Shown here one piece after another: positions 9,453 through 18,951 of a DNA stretch of 64,000 bases. Positions within the stretch are counted from its first letter, which is position 1; the number at the start of each line of letters is the position of its first letter. Origin of the DNA: Clostridia bacterium (GTDB lineage Bacteria; Bacillota; Clostridia; Oscillospirales; CAG-272); contig JAKSOD010000004.1 of NCBI GenBank assembly GCA_024405755.1, positions 991-64,990 of the forward strand, given 5' to 3'. The notes under the pieces were generated by a model. That model saw only the letters and a list, made by a program, of their open reading frames with translations, did no database searches and had not been told where the DNA came from. Position numbers and translations under genes: made by a program.

Positions 9453-10700
9453 TCAGTCGTTGATGATGGCTGCCCATTTCTGCATCATTTCATCTTTTTT
9501 GTCGCTCTTGATTTCAAGCCAACTCGTTTTATGTCCGGAAGGTTCCCATGTGTCAATAAAGTAACCGTCCATGGGAAGTCTTGTGGAGACAATTTCATAT
9601 TTGGAGTATGTGGGCGCATTCCAGATAAAAGAGAGGCAGTCTGTGCGTGTCATATCGGTGGTGATAAGAGGCAGACACTTGTCAAGAATCCCGACAAGTT
9701 GACCGAGACTCAGATCCTTGACTTTGTTGAATGCGAAAGTGAGAACGTCTCTTTGACGTTCGGTGCGTTTGTAGTCTCCGCCGGAGAGTTTACGCGCACG
9801 GGCATATATAAAGAGAGCGTCGGCGTTTAAGTGGATCTCTTTGTCTGCACTGGCTTCGGGAATTGATTTGGTAACCGTGAGCTTGAAGCCTTCATTTTTG
9901 CAGTTCTTGTATATTTTCTGAAGGTTGGGGTCGTTGATCAGACCATCGTTTACATATTTGATCTCTGCAAGATTAAGTGTCATATCAAGGCCGCCGAGAA
10001 GCTCAAAGACTTTGACGAAATCGGCGTATTTTGCACGGCAGTATTTGTCGATTCTGATCCCGAAGTTTTCCTGAAATGTTTTGATCAGCGTTCCGACACC
10101 ACCGTAAGAGTGAGCACTGTTGATCTTGTTGAATTCTTTGGCGTCACTGATATAAACATAGGTGTCACGCATAAAAGATGTGAGAACAATACGTTTTTGG
10201 GTTGGATTGATCGATACTACGATCATAGCGTCGGATCTTCCGTTTGAAGTATCTTTAATTGCATCTGTGCCTATCACAAGGATATTCATTACATCTGAAC
10301 CGACGGGAGTGTGAGGAATATCATCAGGATTGAAGTTGGAGGCTTCTTCAAAAGTTGTGATCGTTGAAATGATTTCCTCGACGGTAGTTGCGGCAGGGGT
10401 GGTTTCTTTGCTTCCTGCGGTTTCGGAAGAGATCACTTCGCCGGATGATGTATCGTCGGGAGTTTCGGTGGCATCGGAAGCAGATGTGTTGTCGGCAGCA
10501 GTGGACTCTTCGATTTCACGGTCGCTGTCCTGTGGGTCGATGTCCCAGCCGGAGTCCGGGTGAAAGTCTGTGTTGCTCAGGTCAACGGTCTCGTAATTCA
10601 TTTTGCCGTAGAAATGCTCAAAGACTATCACTCCTGCCGTAATGCCGACAATCAGCAGTACGGCAAGAGCGATAATTACGATTTTGATTGTCTTTTTCAT
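9453..10700 (-). CDS. LCP family glycopolymer ligase (second paralog)
   Basis: It has a TM segment and an acidic S/T-rich linker. The core reads NILVIGTD...RSDAMIVVSINPTQKRIVLTSFMRDTYVYI...NSAHSYGG...LGGLDMTL. An AAGGAG RBS is present. Confidence 0.9.
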   Translation of the reverse strand: MKKTIKIVIIALAVLLIVGITAGVIVFEHFYGKMNYETVDLSNTDFHPDSGWDIDPQDSDREIEESTAADNTSASDATETPDDTSSGEVISSETAGSKETTPAATTVEEIISTITTFEEASNFNPDDIPHTPVGSDVMNILVIGTDAIKDTSNGRSDAMIVVSINPTQKRIVLTSFMRDTYVYISDAKEFNKINSAHSYGGVGTLIKTFQENFGIRIDKYCRAKYADFVKVFELLGGLDMTLNLAEIKYVNDGLINDPNLQKIYKNCKNEGFKLTVTKSIPEASADKEIHLNADALFIYARARKLSGGDYKRTERQRDVLTFAFNKVKDLSLGQLVGILDKCLPLITTDMTRTDCLSFIWNAPTYSKYEIVSTRLPMDGYFIDTWEPSGHKTSWLEIKSDKKDEMMQKWAAIIND

Positions 10701-10771
10701 TTGGGATTCTCCTTGTTTTTGCTGCGATAAAGAATATGTGCTTTATAATTGTATGTGTCAGACGTCGGAGT

Positions 10772-12760
10772 TTATTTAACATATGACGGTTTTTTTATCG
10801 GCGCGTCTTCCGGTCTGACAAACTGAGGAACGATAGATTTGATTTTTTCCTCGATTTTTTTGGCACGGACGTCTGGAGAAATGGTTTCATCACAGGCTGT
10901 TCTTTCGAGTTCACGAACGGAAGTAAAGAGAAAATCACGGTCAAGCAAAGTTGGACGGCTGACAAATATTTTATCGTGTTCTGTTGCACTGAGTCCTTCT
11001 TCCGCGGTAAGAAGCTCTTCATATAGCTTTTCACCGGGACGCAGACCGGTATACTCTATTTTTATGTCATAATCAACTTCATATCCCGACAGACGGATAA
11101 GTTTTTTCGCAAGGTCGGAGATTTTTACGGGTTCACCCATATTGAGCACGAAAATCTCTCCTCCGTTTGCCATTGATCCGGCAGCAAGAACAAGCTGTAC
11201 AGCTTCCGGAATGGTCATAAAGAAACGGGTAATTTCAGGATGGGTTACGGTGACGGGACCGCCCATTTCAATCTGTTTTTTGAAAAGAGGGATAACGGAC
11301 CCGTTTGATCCGAGGACGTTGCCGAAACGAACGGCACAGAATTCGGTTTTGCTTCTGCCATTGAGGGATTCAACGATAAGTTCGCATACACGTTTTGATG
11401 CGCCCATTACGTTGGTGGGGTTAACGGCTTTATCGGTGGATATCATAATGAAACGTTCAGCTTCGGCGGCGATCGCTGCTTCCGCGGTGTTGAGTGTCCC
11501 GATTATGTTGTTTTTTACGGCTTCTGTGGGGGATACTTCCATCAGAGGAACATGCTTATGCGCTGCGGCGTGAATCACGAGTTGTGGTTTCAGGTTACGC
11601 ATAAGAGCAAACAGATGTGAACGGTCTCTGACGGAGGCAATATGTACTTCAAGATCAAGTTTGTCGCCGTATGTACGAATAAGTTCCTGCTGGATATCGT
11701 AGGCATTGTTTTCATAAATGTCTACGATAATAAGTTTGCGCGGACCGAAAGCGGCGATCTGCCGGCAGATCTCGGACCCGATCGACCCTCCTCCTCCGGT
11801 TATCATTACGGTGCGTCCGGAAATATATCCGGAAATAGAGTCGTTATCAATGTTTATGGGTTCTCGTCCGAGAAGTTCTTCCGGAGTGATGTCGCGGAGT
11901 TTCTGGATGCAGTCAACTTCATCTTCCCGGAAATCATAAAGACGCGGAAGCATTTTGACCTCGCATCCGGTCTCGGCACAGTAATCGAGTATCGTTGCGC
12001 GTGTCTTGTTGTCCGCCGTTGGTATTGCAACGATAATCAGATCGATTCTGTATTTCTTTGCAAGACGCTGAATGTCTTTATTCGTTCCGCAAATTTTTAA
12101 TTTCCCGATATAATAACCGATTTTTGATTCGTCTTCATCAATTCCAACAATGGGAACAAGCGGGCAGTTTTCCGTATTGTTGATCTCATTGAGCAGCATG
12201 GTACAGGCGTTTCCGCATCCGATTATCATAACACGTTTTTTCTGATCGGTTTCTTTTGAAATCAGATAATCCCTGAAAGCACGGAAAGCAAGGCGTGTGC
12301 TGACGAGAGCAATGGCTATAAAACAGGCAACAAATACGAAGAAATAAAGATGTATCCGTTCTACCCAATTTAAAATGGAAAACAGTCTTGCAATTCCGAA
12401 CACGGCGACACCCGACAGAACAGCCGCAACAGTACAAGAAAGGAATTCACGGTACTGTGCATAACGCCATAAACTCCGGTAAAGACCGAAGGCAGTGAAT
12501 ACCACAAGGTATACAGGGAGTATAATTGCCAATAGGCTGAAATACAGTTTTGCATCATAGTAATAATCGAATCTGCATACAAAGAAGCAGGCAGTATATG
12601 ATGCTAAGACGAGCATAAGATCCGCAAGATACAGCAGTATTACTCTATAATGATTTCTAATGTGCTTTGACAGTTCTTTCATAACACTGAACTCACCTTT
12701 CATGGTGATTTTTGTGACGGTACGCTTTTTGGCGGTGTAACGTGCGCGTTTGATCATCAC
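10772..12760 (-). CDS. Membrane-anchored polysaccharide biosynthesis protein, CapD/EpsC/PglF-like NDP-sugar 4,6-dehydratase
   Basis: Four N-terminal TM segments are followed by two Rossmann regions (VMIIGCGNA; VMITGGGGSIGSE) and ...AAHKHVPLME...STDKAVNPTNVMGASKR. The start codon overlaps the upstream stop (GTGATG). Confidence 0.85.
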   Translation of the reverse strand: MMIKRARYTAKKRTVTKITMKGEFSVMKELSKHIRNHYRVILLYLADLMLVLASYTACFFVCRFDYYYDAKLYFSLLAIILPVYLVVFTAFGLYRSLWRYAQYREFLSCTVAAVLSGVAVFGIARLFSILNWVERIHLYFFVFVACFIAIALVSTRLAFRAFRDYLISKETDQKKRVMIIGCGNACTMLLNEINNTENCPLVPIVGIDEDESKIGYYIGKLKICGTNKDIQRLAKKYRIDLIIVAIPTADNKTRATILDYCAETGCEVKMLPRLYDFREDEVDCIQKLRDITPEELLGREPINIDNDSISGYISGRTVMITGGGGSIGSEICRQIAAFGPRKLIIVDIYENNAYDIQQELIRTYGDKLDLEVHIASVRDRSHLFALMRNLKPQLVIHAAAHKHVPLMEVSPTEAVKNNIIGTLNTAEAAIAAEAERFIMISTDKAVNPTNVMGASKRVCELIVESLNGRSKTEFCAVRFGNVLGSNGSVIPLFKKQIEMGGPVTVTHPEITRFFMTIPEAVQLVLAAGSMANGGEIFVLNMGEPVKISDLAKKLIRLSGYEVDYDIKIEYTGLRPGEKLYEELLTAEEGLSATEHDKIFVSRPTLLDRDFLFTSVRELERTACDETISPDVRAKKIEEKIKSIVPQFVRPEDAPIKKPSYVK

Positions 12761-13581
12761 TGATCTTTTGTGCCTTTGTTATTATTGCCGTAGTTCGAAT
12801 AATACGAATTGTATCCGTATTTCGACGAACGGCGATAACGATAATATCCGTAATTATAGCGGTAGCGATAGCGGTAACCTGATCCGCCGCCTCCGCTTGA
12901 AGTATCTGCAATCATAGTACCGAGAATATTGGTATCGGACAATTTGATGCTGCTGATAGCATGTGAGAGATCTTTGTGCAGGCAGTAGTCCTGACGTATA
13001 TTCAGAATGATTCCTGCTGTGTTGTGGCTGAATGTCAGCGCGTCTGTGACGACGGTGACAGGGGGAGTATCAACGATAACGTAGTCATAGACACGGCACA
13101 CGATATCAAGAAATTTGATCATTGTCTGAGAACCCAACAGTTCGGAGGGATTGGGCGGGATAGGACCGGAAGTGATGAGGTCAAGTCCGGGACGGACATT
13201 ATGGCGTATTGTGGAGGCAAGAGTGTTAAGTTTCAAAAGAATAGTGGAAAGTCCCGATTCGCTGTTATCCTGCTCAAACATGAGGTGCTGAGTGGGTTTT
13301 CTCATATCAGCGTCAATAAGAAGCACCCGGCCTCCTGTCTGACCGAAAGATAAGGCAAGGTTTGCGCTGTTGACGGATTTGCCTTCGTTCGGCACGGAAC
13401 TTGTCACGACCATGGCATTTCTGTGCGGAACATTCTGATCAATTGCGGCAATTGAGAATGTCACATTTGAACGAAGTGTTTTATATGCTTCCACAATAGC
13501 GAAAGGTGTATTTTCATTCAGAAGTACATTTGGGGAATGTCCCTCTCTTCTAGAATTATTCTTGTTGTTTCGCTTTTTCAT
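12757..13581 (-). CDS. Bacterial tyrosine (BY) kinase, CpsD/CapB/Wze-type, with an Arg/Tyr-rich tail
   Basis: The Walker A is VTSSVPNEGKSVNSANLA and Walker A' is VLLIDADMRKP. The C-terminal tyrosine cluster reads GYRYRYRYNYGYYRYRRSSKYGYNSYYSNYG. I set the start at the internal ATG 13581 (MKKRNN...). Confidence 0.85.
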   Translation of the reverse strand: MKKRNNKNNSRREGHSPNVLLNENTPFAIVEAYKTLRSNVTFSIAAIDQNVPHRNAMVVTSSVPNEGKSVNSANLALSFGQTGGRVLLIDADMRKPTQHLMFEQDNSESGLSTILLKLNTLASTIRHNVRPGLDLITSGPIPPNPSELLGSQTMIKFLDIVCRVYDYVIVDTPPVTVVTDALTFSHNTAGIILNIRQDYCLHKDLSHAISSIKLSDTNILGTMIADTSSGGGGSGYRYRYRYNYGYYRYRRSSKYGYNSYYSNYGNNNKGTKDQ

Positions 13582-14344
13582 CGTAATAACCCCTTTCTGT
13601 CGGTTTGTGACTTGTTGAGAAGTGAGGAATCTCACCGAGGACGAGCATTCCGTAATCAGCGGTAACTTCATCTTTGCTGTGCACTCTTGTATCGAATATG
13701 TTGAGCATTATTACAACAGCTGCTATCAGGAATGCCACGATGAGACCGTACGTGAAAGGTTTGCGGTATGAGGGCAGGTTGGATTTTATTGCAGATGAAG
13801 TGGTTTGCAGGACTTTTGCATATCCTGAATGAATAACTTCTTCAACAATCTCGGGGACCGCATTGCAGGCTGCATTTGAAATCATAACTGCGTCGCTGGC
13901 GGTGGGGCATGATACGGTTACAGACATAACAAAGGTTTCACTGACGGAAGCGAGACGGATCATTGATCCGATTCTTTGTTGGGTGTAAACAACTCCGCTT
14001 GATCCCACAAAAACACCGTCTTCCGTACCGTCCATAGCATCGAGATTTTTCATGATGATATCTGTGGAAGCATCCATGGTAATCATGACAGTCAGCAGGT
14101 TAATAAGTCCCTGAGAAGCCACTGCGGTGGCTGTGACGAATGGGGTAGTAGTTTCGCCTTCCGTGGCTGAGGCGATGGATGGATATACCAACACGTTGGA
14201 AGACGCGGTATAATTGGGTACTTTTTTTGATTCGGTAAGGTAGTACGATCCCATAAAAACAATAATGAAAGCCAGGATCATGATCCATGCACGGCGAAGC
14301 AGGTCAAGTGCAATGGATTTTACGTTGATATGAATGCTGTTCAA
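13556..14344 (-). CDS. Wzz/CpsC-type chain-length / BY-kinase modulator membrane protein
   Basis: The ORF is 262 aa with two TM segments flanking an extracellular domain. It lies immediately upstream of the kinase, in the classic CpsC-CpsD arrangement. The start is TTG. Confidence 0.7.
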   Translation of the reverse strand: MNSIHINVKSIALDLLRRAWIMILAFIIVFMGSYYLTESKKVPNYTASSNVLVYPSIASATEGETTTPFVTATAVASQGLINLLTVMITMDASTDIIMKNLDAMDGTEDGVFVGSSGVVYTQQRIGSMIRLASVSETFVMSVTVSCPTASDAVMISNAACNAVPEIVEEVIHSGYAKVLQTTSSAIKSNLPSYRKPFTYGLIVAFLIAAVVIMLNIFDTRVHSKDEVTADYGMLVLGEIPHFSTSHKPTERGYYDEKAKQQE

Positions 14345-14395
14345 AGTATCTTTGTCCTTTCGTTTATTTTTTTATTGAATAAATCGGAGAAAAAA

Positions 14396-15439
14396 TCAGA
14401 CTCCAAAATATATGAGAATTAAACTGACGGTGGCGAAAATTGCGTCGAGATGAGTCCGTTCCATGCCGTGTGAGGCGTGGACACCGGGACCGATAAGTGC
14501 ACCCGGAATGTCGTTACCTGCCTGCCACATTGCACCAACGTCGGAGCCGTAGTAAGGATAGATGTCAACAGCATAGGATATTCCGGATTTTTTTGCCATT
14601 TCAATGAGTTTTCCGGTGAGTTCGTAATCGTAGGGACCGCAGCTGTCTTTGGCGCATATTGAGACGGTATGCTCGGTGCAGGAGAGATCTCGTCCGATAC
14701 AGCCCATATCGACCGCAAGCATGGAGGATACGGGAGGAACATATGCTGCACCGTGACCGACTTCTTCGTACATTGAGATAAGTATCCGGACTGTGTTCGG
14801 AGGAACGATACCCTCAGTCCGCATAGCGTGTATTGCAGTGATAAGGCAGGCAACACTTGCCTTATCATCGAGAAAACGTGATTTTACGAAACCGTTTTCC
14901 GTGACCGTGGTCCTGGGATCAAAGCATATGTAATCTCCGTTGCAGATACCCAGTGCACGTACATCGTCTGCGGAGGAAACGACTTCATCGAGACGGACAT
15001 ACATATTATCGGCATCACGGGGGAGGGATTTGGCGTCGCTGTAAACGTGAATTGAAGGACTGCGTGACAAAATCGTGCCGGTAAAGCGTTTTCCTTTACG
15101 GGTGATAATGAAACAGTATTCTCCGTCGAGGGTGGGAAGAAGAGGTCCGCCTACCACGGAAAATGAAATATCTCCGTTTCCGTCTACCGAACGAACCATA
15201 GCACCGAGGGTGTCGCAGTGGGCACAAGCACCGATGGCGGGAGCATCGGGATCCTTGCCCGGAACGGTAAGGATAAAACAGCCTTTATTTGTTCGTTCGA
15301 TTTCACATCCTTCTTCCGCAGCAATAGCGGTGAGAAGTTCGGAGATTTCCCTCGAATATCCGCTCGGACTCGGAACTGCCATAAGACGCTGTACCGTATC
15401 GCAGTAAAAATCTTTGTATTTTATTATATCGGTTGTCAT
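14396..15439 (-). CDS. M42-family metallo-aminopeptidase (YsdC/FrvX-like)
   Basis: The length and motifs fit M42 (PSPSGYSREI..., CAHCDTLGAMV, EEVGHGAA, DMGCIG, ...HASHGMERTH). I set the start at ATG 15439 (MTTDIIKY). Confidence 0.7.
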   Translation of the reverse strand: MTTDIIKYKDFYCDTVQRLMAVPSPSGYSREISELLTAIAAEEGCEIERTNKGCFILTVPGKDPDAPAIGACAHCDTLGAMVRSVDGNGDISFSVVGGPLLPTLDGEYCFIITRKGKRFTGTILSRSPSIHVYSDAKSLPRDADNMYVRLDEVVSSADDVRALGICNGDYICFDPRTTVTENGFVKSRFLDDKASVACLITAIHAMRTEGIVPPNTVRILISMYEEVGHGAAYVPPVSSMLAVDMGCIGRDLSCTEHTVSICAKDSCGPYDYELTGKLIEMAKKSGISYAVDIYPYYGSDVGAMWQAGNDIPGALIGPGVHASHGMERTHLDAIFATVSLILIYFGV

Positions 15440-15757
15440 TTCCGCTGTGCAACTCCGTTCCGGGAAAGTCGAAAGAAACGTAAAAAACAGTTTCAAGTAT
15501 ACTTTACCATTAAAAATATAACTATAATTATATTATACCACCTTTTAAAGCGTTCGTCAAGCACACTTCGACAAATAAACCGTGAACTCAACAAGTATTT
15601 TTTTGTAAATCTGTGCTTTTTTGACGTTCGGATTCGAAATACAGTAAAGTTTTTTCAGAGACGGATAAAATTTATTTGACAATAAAGACACACGGTGATA
15701 TAATCATTATGTAGTAATGTATCTTTGTCGCGGAGCAGGGGAAAAGGAGTGGAAAAA

Positions 15758-16291
15758 GTGGAGGAAAACCGCCAAAACAAAAACAGCGGATGCGTTCGCC
15801 ATGTAAAAATATCTGCGGATAAACTGATGCCCTTGCTTTGTTCTCTTTTGCAAGAGGGACGGGAAGTTTCCCTTACGGTCACGGGATACAGTATGCAGCC
15901 GTTTTTTCGTCATGGGAGAGATTCCGTTCTGATCTCTCCGCCAAATGTGGCTCCCGTCCGCGGGGATATTGTCCTTCTGCGTGATGTATCCGGAAGATAT
16001 CTTCTCCACCGTGTGCTTGATACGGCGGAAGGGATCATATACACCTGCGGTGACGGAAATATCAGGCCTGACCCTCCTATGCCTGCGTCGGGACTCTGCG
16101 GGATAGTCCGTAAGGCCAAACGCAAAGGCAAAGTAATTACCGAAAAATCACTGTTCTGGCGTATCTTTGGACGAGTATGGGGAGGGCATCCCTTCGCACG
16201 GCGCCCTTTTCTGAGAATATATCGGCTTGCGGCATTTTCCCTGGATAAGATACGGCGCAGATATACAGATTACGACGAATACGACGGTTGA
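15758..16291 (+). CDS. S24/S26-like serine peptidase family protein
   Basis: GYSMQPFFRHGRDSVLISP...RGDIVLL...LHRV is the LexA / signal-peptidase-type Ser fold signature. A GTG start at 15758 lies 8 nt after AAAGGAG. Confidence 0.55.
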   Translation: MEENRQNKNSGCVRHVKISADKLMPLLCSLLQEGREVSLTVTGYSMQPFFRHGRDSVLISPPNVAPVRGDIVLLRDVSGRYLLHRVLDTAEGIIYTCGDGNIRPDPPMPASGLCGIVRKAKRKGKVITEKSLFWRIFGRVWGGHPFARRPFLRIYRLAAFSLDKIRRRYTDYDEYDG

Positions 16292-16351
16292 ATCAGATTT
16301 ATATTTGATTTTGACGGTTATTGAAAAATAAAAAAGAAACAGGTAATAGCT

Positions 16352-17371
16352 ATGACAATTATCGTAACTGGCGGAGCCGGATTTATCGGTTCAAATTTCA
16401 TTTATTATCAACTCCGTGAGCATAAGGATGACAGAATTGTCTGTGTTGACAGCCTGACTTATGCCGGAAATCTTTCCACTCTTGCACAAGCAATGAAAAA
16501 TCCCGGATTCAGATTTGTCCGTGCGGATATTACCGACAGGGAAGCGATTTACCGGGTTTTTGAGGAGGAAAAGCCGGATGCAGTGGTGAATTTTGCTGCT
16601 GAGAGCCATGTTGACCGTTCGATCGAGTCTCCGGAAGTGTTCCTTCGCACGAATATTCTCGGAACAGAGGTAATGATGGATGCCTGCCGCAAGTACGGAA
16701 ATGTCAGGTATCATCAGGTGTCAACTGACGAGGTGTACGGGGATCTGCCTCTTGACCGCCCCGATCTTCTTTTCACCGAGACGACTCCCATACATACGAG
16801 CAGTCCTTATTCGGCATCCAAAGCATCTGCCGACCTTCTTGTGGGCGCATATTACCGTACCTACGGACTTCCCGTAACCATCTCACGCTGCTCAAATAAC
16901 TACGGACCTTACCATTTCCCCGAAAAACTGATCCCGTTGATGATCATCAATGCCCTTCACGACAAGCCTCTGCCCGTTTACGGTACGGGGGAGAACGTCC
17001 GCGACTGGCTATATGTTGAGGATCACTGTGCTGCCATTGATCTGGTACTTCGCAAGGGACGTATCGGAGAGGTCTACAATATCGGCGGACATAATGAAAT
17101 GAAGAATATTGATATCGTGAAACTGATCTGCAAGGCTCTCGGCAAGTCCGAAAGCCTGATCACCTACGTTTCCGACCGCAAGGGACACGATATGAGATAC
17201 GCCATTGATCCTACGAAGATCCATAATGAACTCGGCTGGCTTCCCGCCACGAAGTTTTCTGACGGTCTGCAAAAAACCGTTGAATGGTATCTTGAAAACC
17301 GTGAATGGTGGGAAACCATCATCTCCGGCGAATACAAGAATTACTACGAAAGAATGTACGGAAACAGATAA
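16352..17371 (+). CDS. rfbB: dTDP-glucose 4,6-dehydratase
   Basis: TGGAGFIGSNF, ...STDEVYGDL... and YSASKASADLL give the YxxxK catalytic motif. Length is 339 aa. Confidence 0.95.
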   Translation: MTIIVTGGAGFIGSNFIYYQLREHKDDRIVCVDSLTYAGNLSTLAQAMKNPGFRFVRADITDREAIYRVFEEEKPDAVVNFAAESHVDRSIESPEVFLRTNILGTEVMMDACRKYGNVRYHQVSTDEVYGDLPLDRPDLLFTETTPIHTSSPYSASKASADLLVGAYYRTYGLPVTISRCSNNYGPYHFPEKLIPLMIINALHDKPLPVYGTGENVRDWLYVEDHCAAIDLVLRKGRIGEVYNIGGHNEMKNIDIVKLICKALGKSESLITYVSDRKGHDMRYAIDPTKIHNELGWLPATKFSDGLQKTVEWYLENREWWETIISGEYKNYYERMYGNR

Positions 17372-17385
17372 AGAGGAAAACGCAA

Positions 17386-18255
17386 ATGAGAATAATCGTA
17401 ACCGGAGCTGCCGGTCAGTTGGGGAAAGATCTTGTACCCGAACTTCTTAGCCGCGGGCACGAAGTGATCGGAGTGGATCTTCCGGAACTTGACATCACAG
17501 ACCGTGACGGTGTGCTTGACATCTTTTCCGAAAAGAGACCGGACGCCGTGATCCACTGCGCCGCATGGACCGCGGTGGATATTGCCGAGGATGAGGATAA
17601 AAAAGAAGCGGTTCGCCGTGTGAATGCGTACGGAACGTCAAATATCGCCGAGGCAGCCGGATCTGTCGGTGCGAAAATGATTTATATTTCGACTGACTAC
17701 ATCTTTGACGGCAGGACCGGAGACAGACCGTGGGAGGCATGCGATGAAGCAGCACCCATAAACCATTACGGTAAGACGAAATATGAAGGCGAACTTGCTG
17801 CCGCTGAATTCTGCGATAAACTCTTTATCGTCCGGATCAGCTGGGTATTCGGAGTCCACGGCAAGAATTTTGTTGCCACTATGCTCAGACTCGGCAGAGA
17901 AAGAAAGAATCTGACCGTTGTTGCGGATCAGATCGGCAGTCCTACGTATACGCCGGATCTTTCCCGTCTGCTTGCGGATATGATCGCAACAGAAAAATAC
18001 GGCAAGTATCACGCCACGAACGAGGGTTTTGTTTCGTGGTATGAATTTGCCTGCGAGATATTCAGGCTTGCATCCGAACGCGATCCCGTATATTCCGACG
18101 TGAAGGTCACACCGGTAACGAGTGATGAGTATCCCGCGAAGGCGGCTCGTCCGGCAAACAGCCGGATGTCGAAAGCGGCACTTGACGCGGCGGGATTTGA
18201 CAGGCTCCCCGCGTGGCAGGATGCTCTCGCACGTTATCTTGACGCGGTAATGTAA
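17386..18255 (+). CDS. rfbD: dTDP-4-dehydrorhamnose reductase
   Basis: MRIIVTGAAGQLG...HCAAWTAVD...STDYIFDG...YGKTKYEGE. The ATG at 17386 lies 15 nt after the rfbB stop. Confidence 0.9.
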   Translation: MRIIVTGAAGQLGKDLVPELLSRGHEVIGVDLPELDITDRDGVLDIFSEKRPDAVIHCAAWTAVDIAEDEDKKEAVRRVNAYGTSNIAEAAGSVGAKMIYISTDYIFDGRTGDRPWEACDEAAPINHYGKTKYEGELAAAEFCDKLFIVRISWVFGVHGKNFVATMLRLGRERKNLTVVADQIGSPTYTPDLSRLLADMIATEKYGKYHATNEGFVSWYEFACEIFRLASERDPVYSDVKVTPVTSDEYPAKAARPANSRMSKAALDAAGFDRLPAWQDALARYLDAVM

Positions 18256-18272
18256 ACAGAAAGGACATAAAA

Positions 18273-18860
18273 ATGGGACAGATCAAGGTCACCCCCTGCG
18301 AAATAGAGGGACTTTATGTAATTGAACCTGCCGTTCACGGCGACGACAGAGGATATTTCTGCGAAACATATAATCAGAGGGACATGAAAGAAGCGGGACT
18401 CGATATGGTCTTCGTTCAGGACAATCAGTCTATGAGCGGAAGGGGAGTCCTGAGAGGCCTTCATTTTCAGATCAATTATCCCCAGGGGAAACTTGTCCGC
18501 GTAATAAAGGGAAAAGTATTTGATGTTGCCGTGGATATGCGGGAAGGCAGTCCCACGAGAGGGAAGTGGTTCGGCATCGAACTGAGCGAGGAAAACAAGA
18601 AACAGTTTTACATCAGTCCCGGATTTGCCCACGGTTTTCTCGTGATGAGTGAAAGTGCCGAATTCTGTTATAAGGTCACTGACTTCTACCATCCGGGAGA
18701 CGAGGGCGGTATCGCGTGGAACGATCCGGGAGTGGGAGTAGAATGGCCGGGAGTAACGGGAGATTATCCCGGGTGCGCCGATCCGTCGGGTTATCTGCTT
18801 GACGGTGAATATCCTCTTGTTCTGAGTGACAGAGATAAAAAGTGGGATACTCTGAAATAA
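18273..18860 (+). CDS. rfbC: dTDP-4-dehydrorhamnose 3,5-epimerase
   Basis: DDRGYFCETY...RGLHFQ...QGKLVRV.KG.VFDVAVD.R..SPT.GKW...PGFAHGF is the cupin-type RmlC signature. Confidence 0.95.
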   Translation: MGQIKVTPCEIEGLYVIEPAVHGDDRGYFCETYNQRDMKEAGLDMVFVQDNQSMSGRGVLRGLHFQINYPQGKLVRVIKGKVFDVAVDMREGSPTRGKWFGIELSEENKKQFYISPGFAHGFLVMSESAEFCYKVTDFYHPGDEGGIAWNDPGVGVEWPGVTGDYPGCADPSGYLLDGEYPLVLSDRDKKWDTLK

Positions 18861-18895
18861 AATACAGTCTGCAGCGAAAATTAATAATGAAAACA

Positions 18896-18926
18896 GTATC
18901 CGGCACCGATTTCAGGTGCCGGATAC
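18896..18926. terminator. Bidirectional terminator between rfbC and the convergent tcdA
   Basis: gtatccggcacc-gatttca-ggtgccggatac forms a 12-bp stem. Confidence 0.7.
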
Positions 18927-18951
18927 TTTACATAAATTCTACAATAACTTA

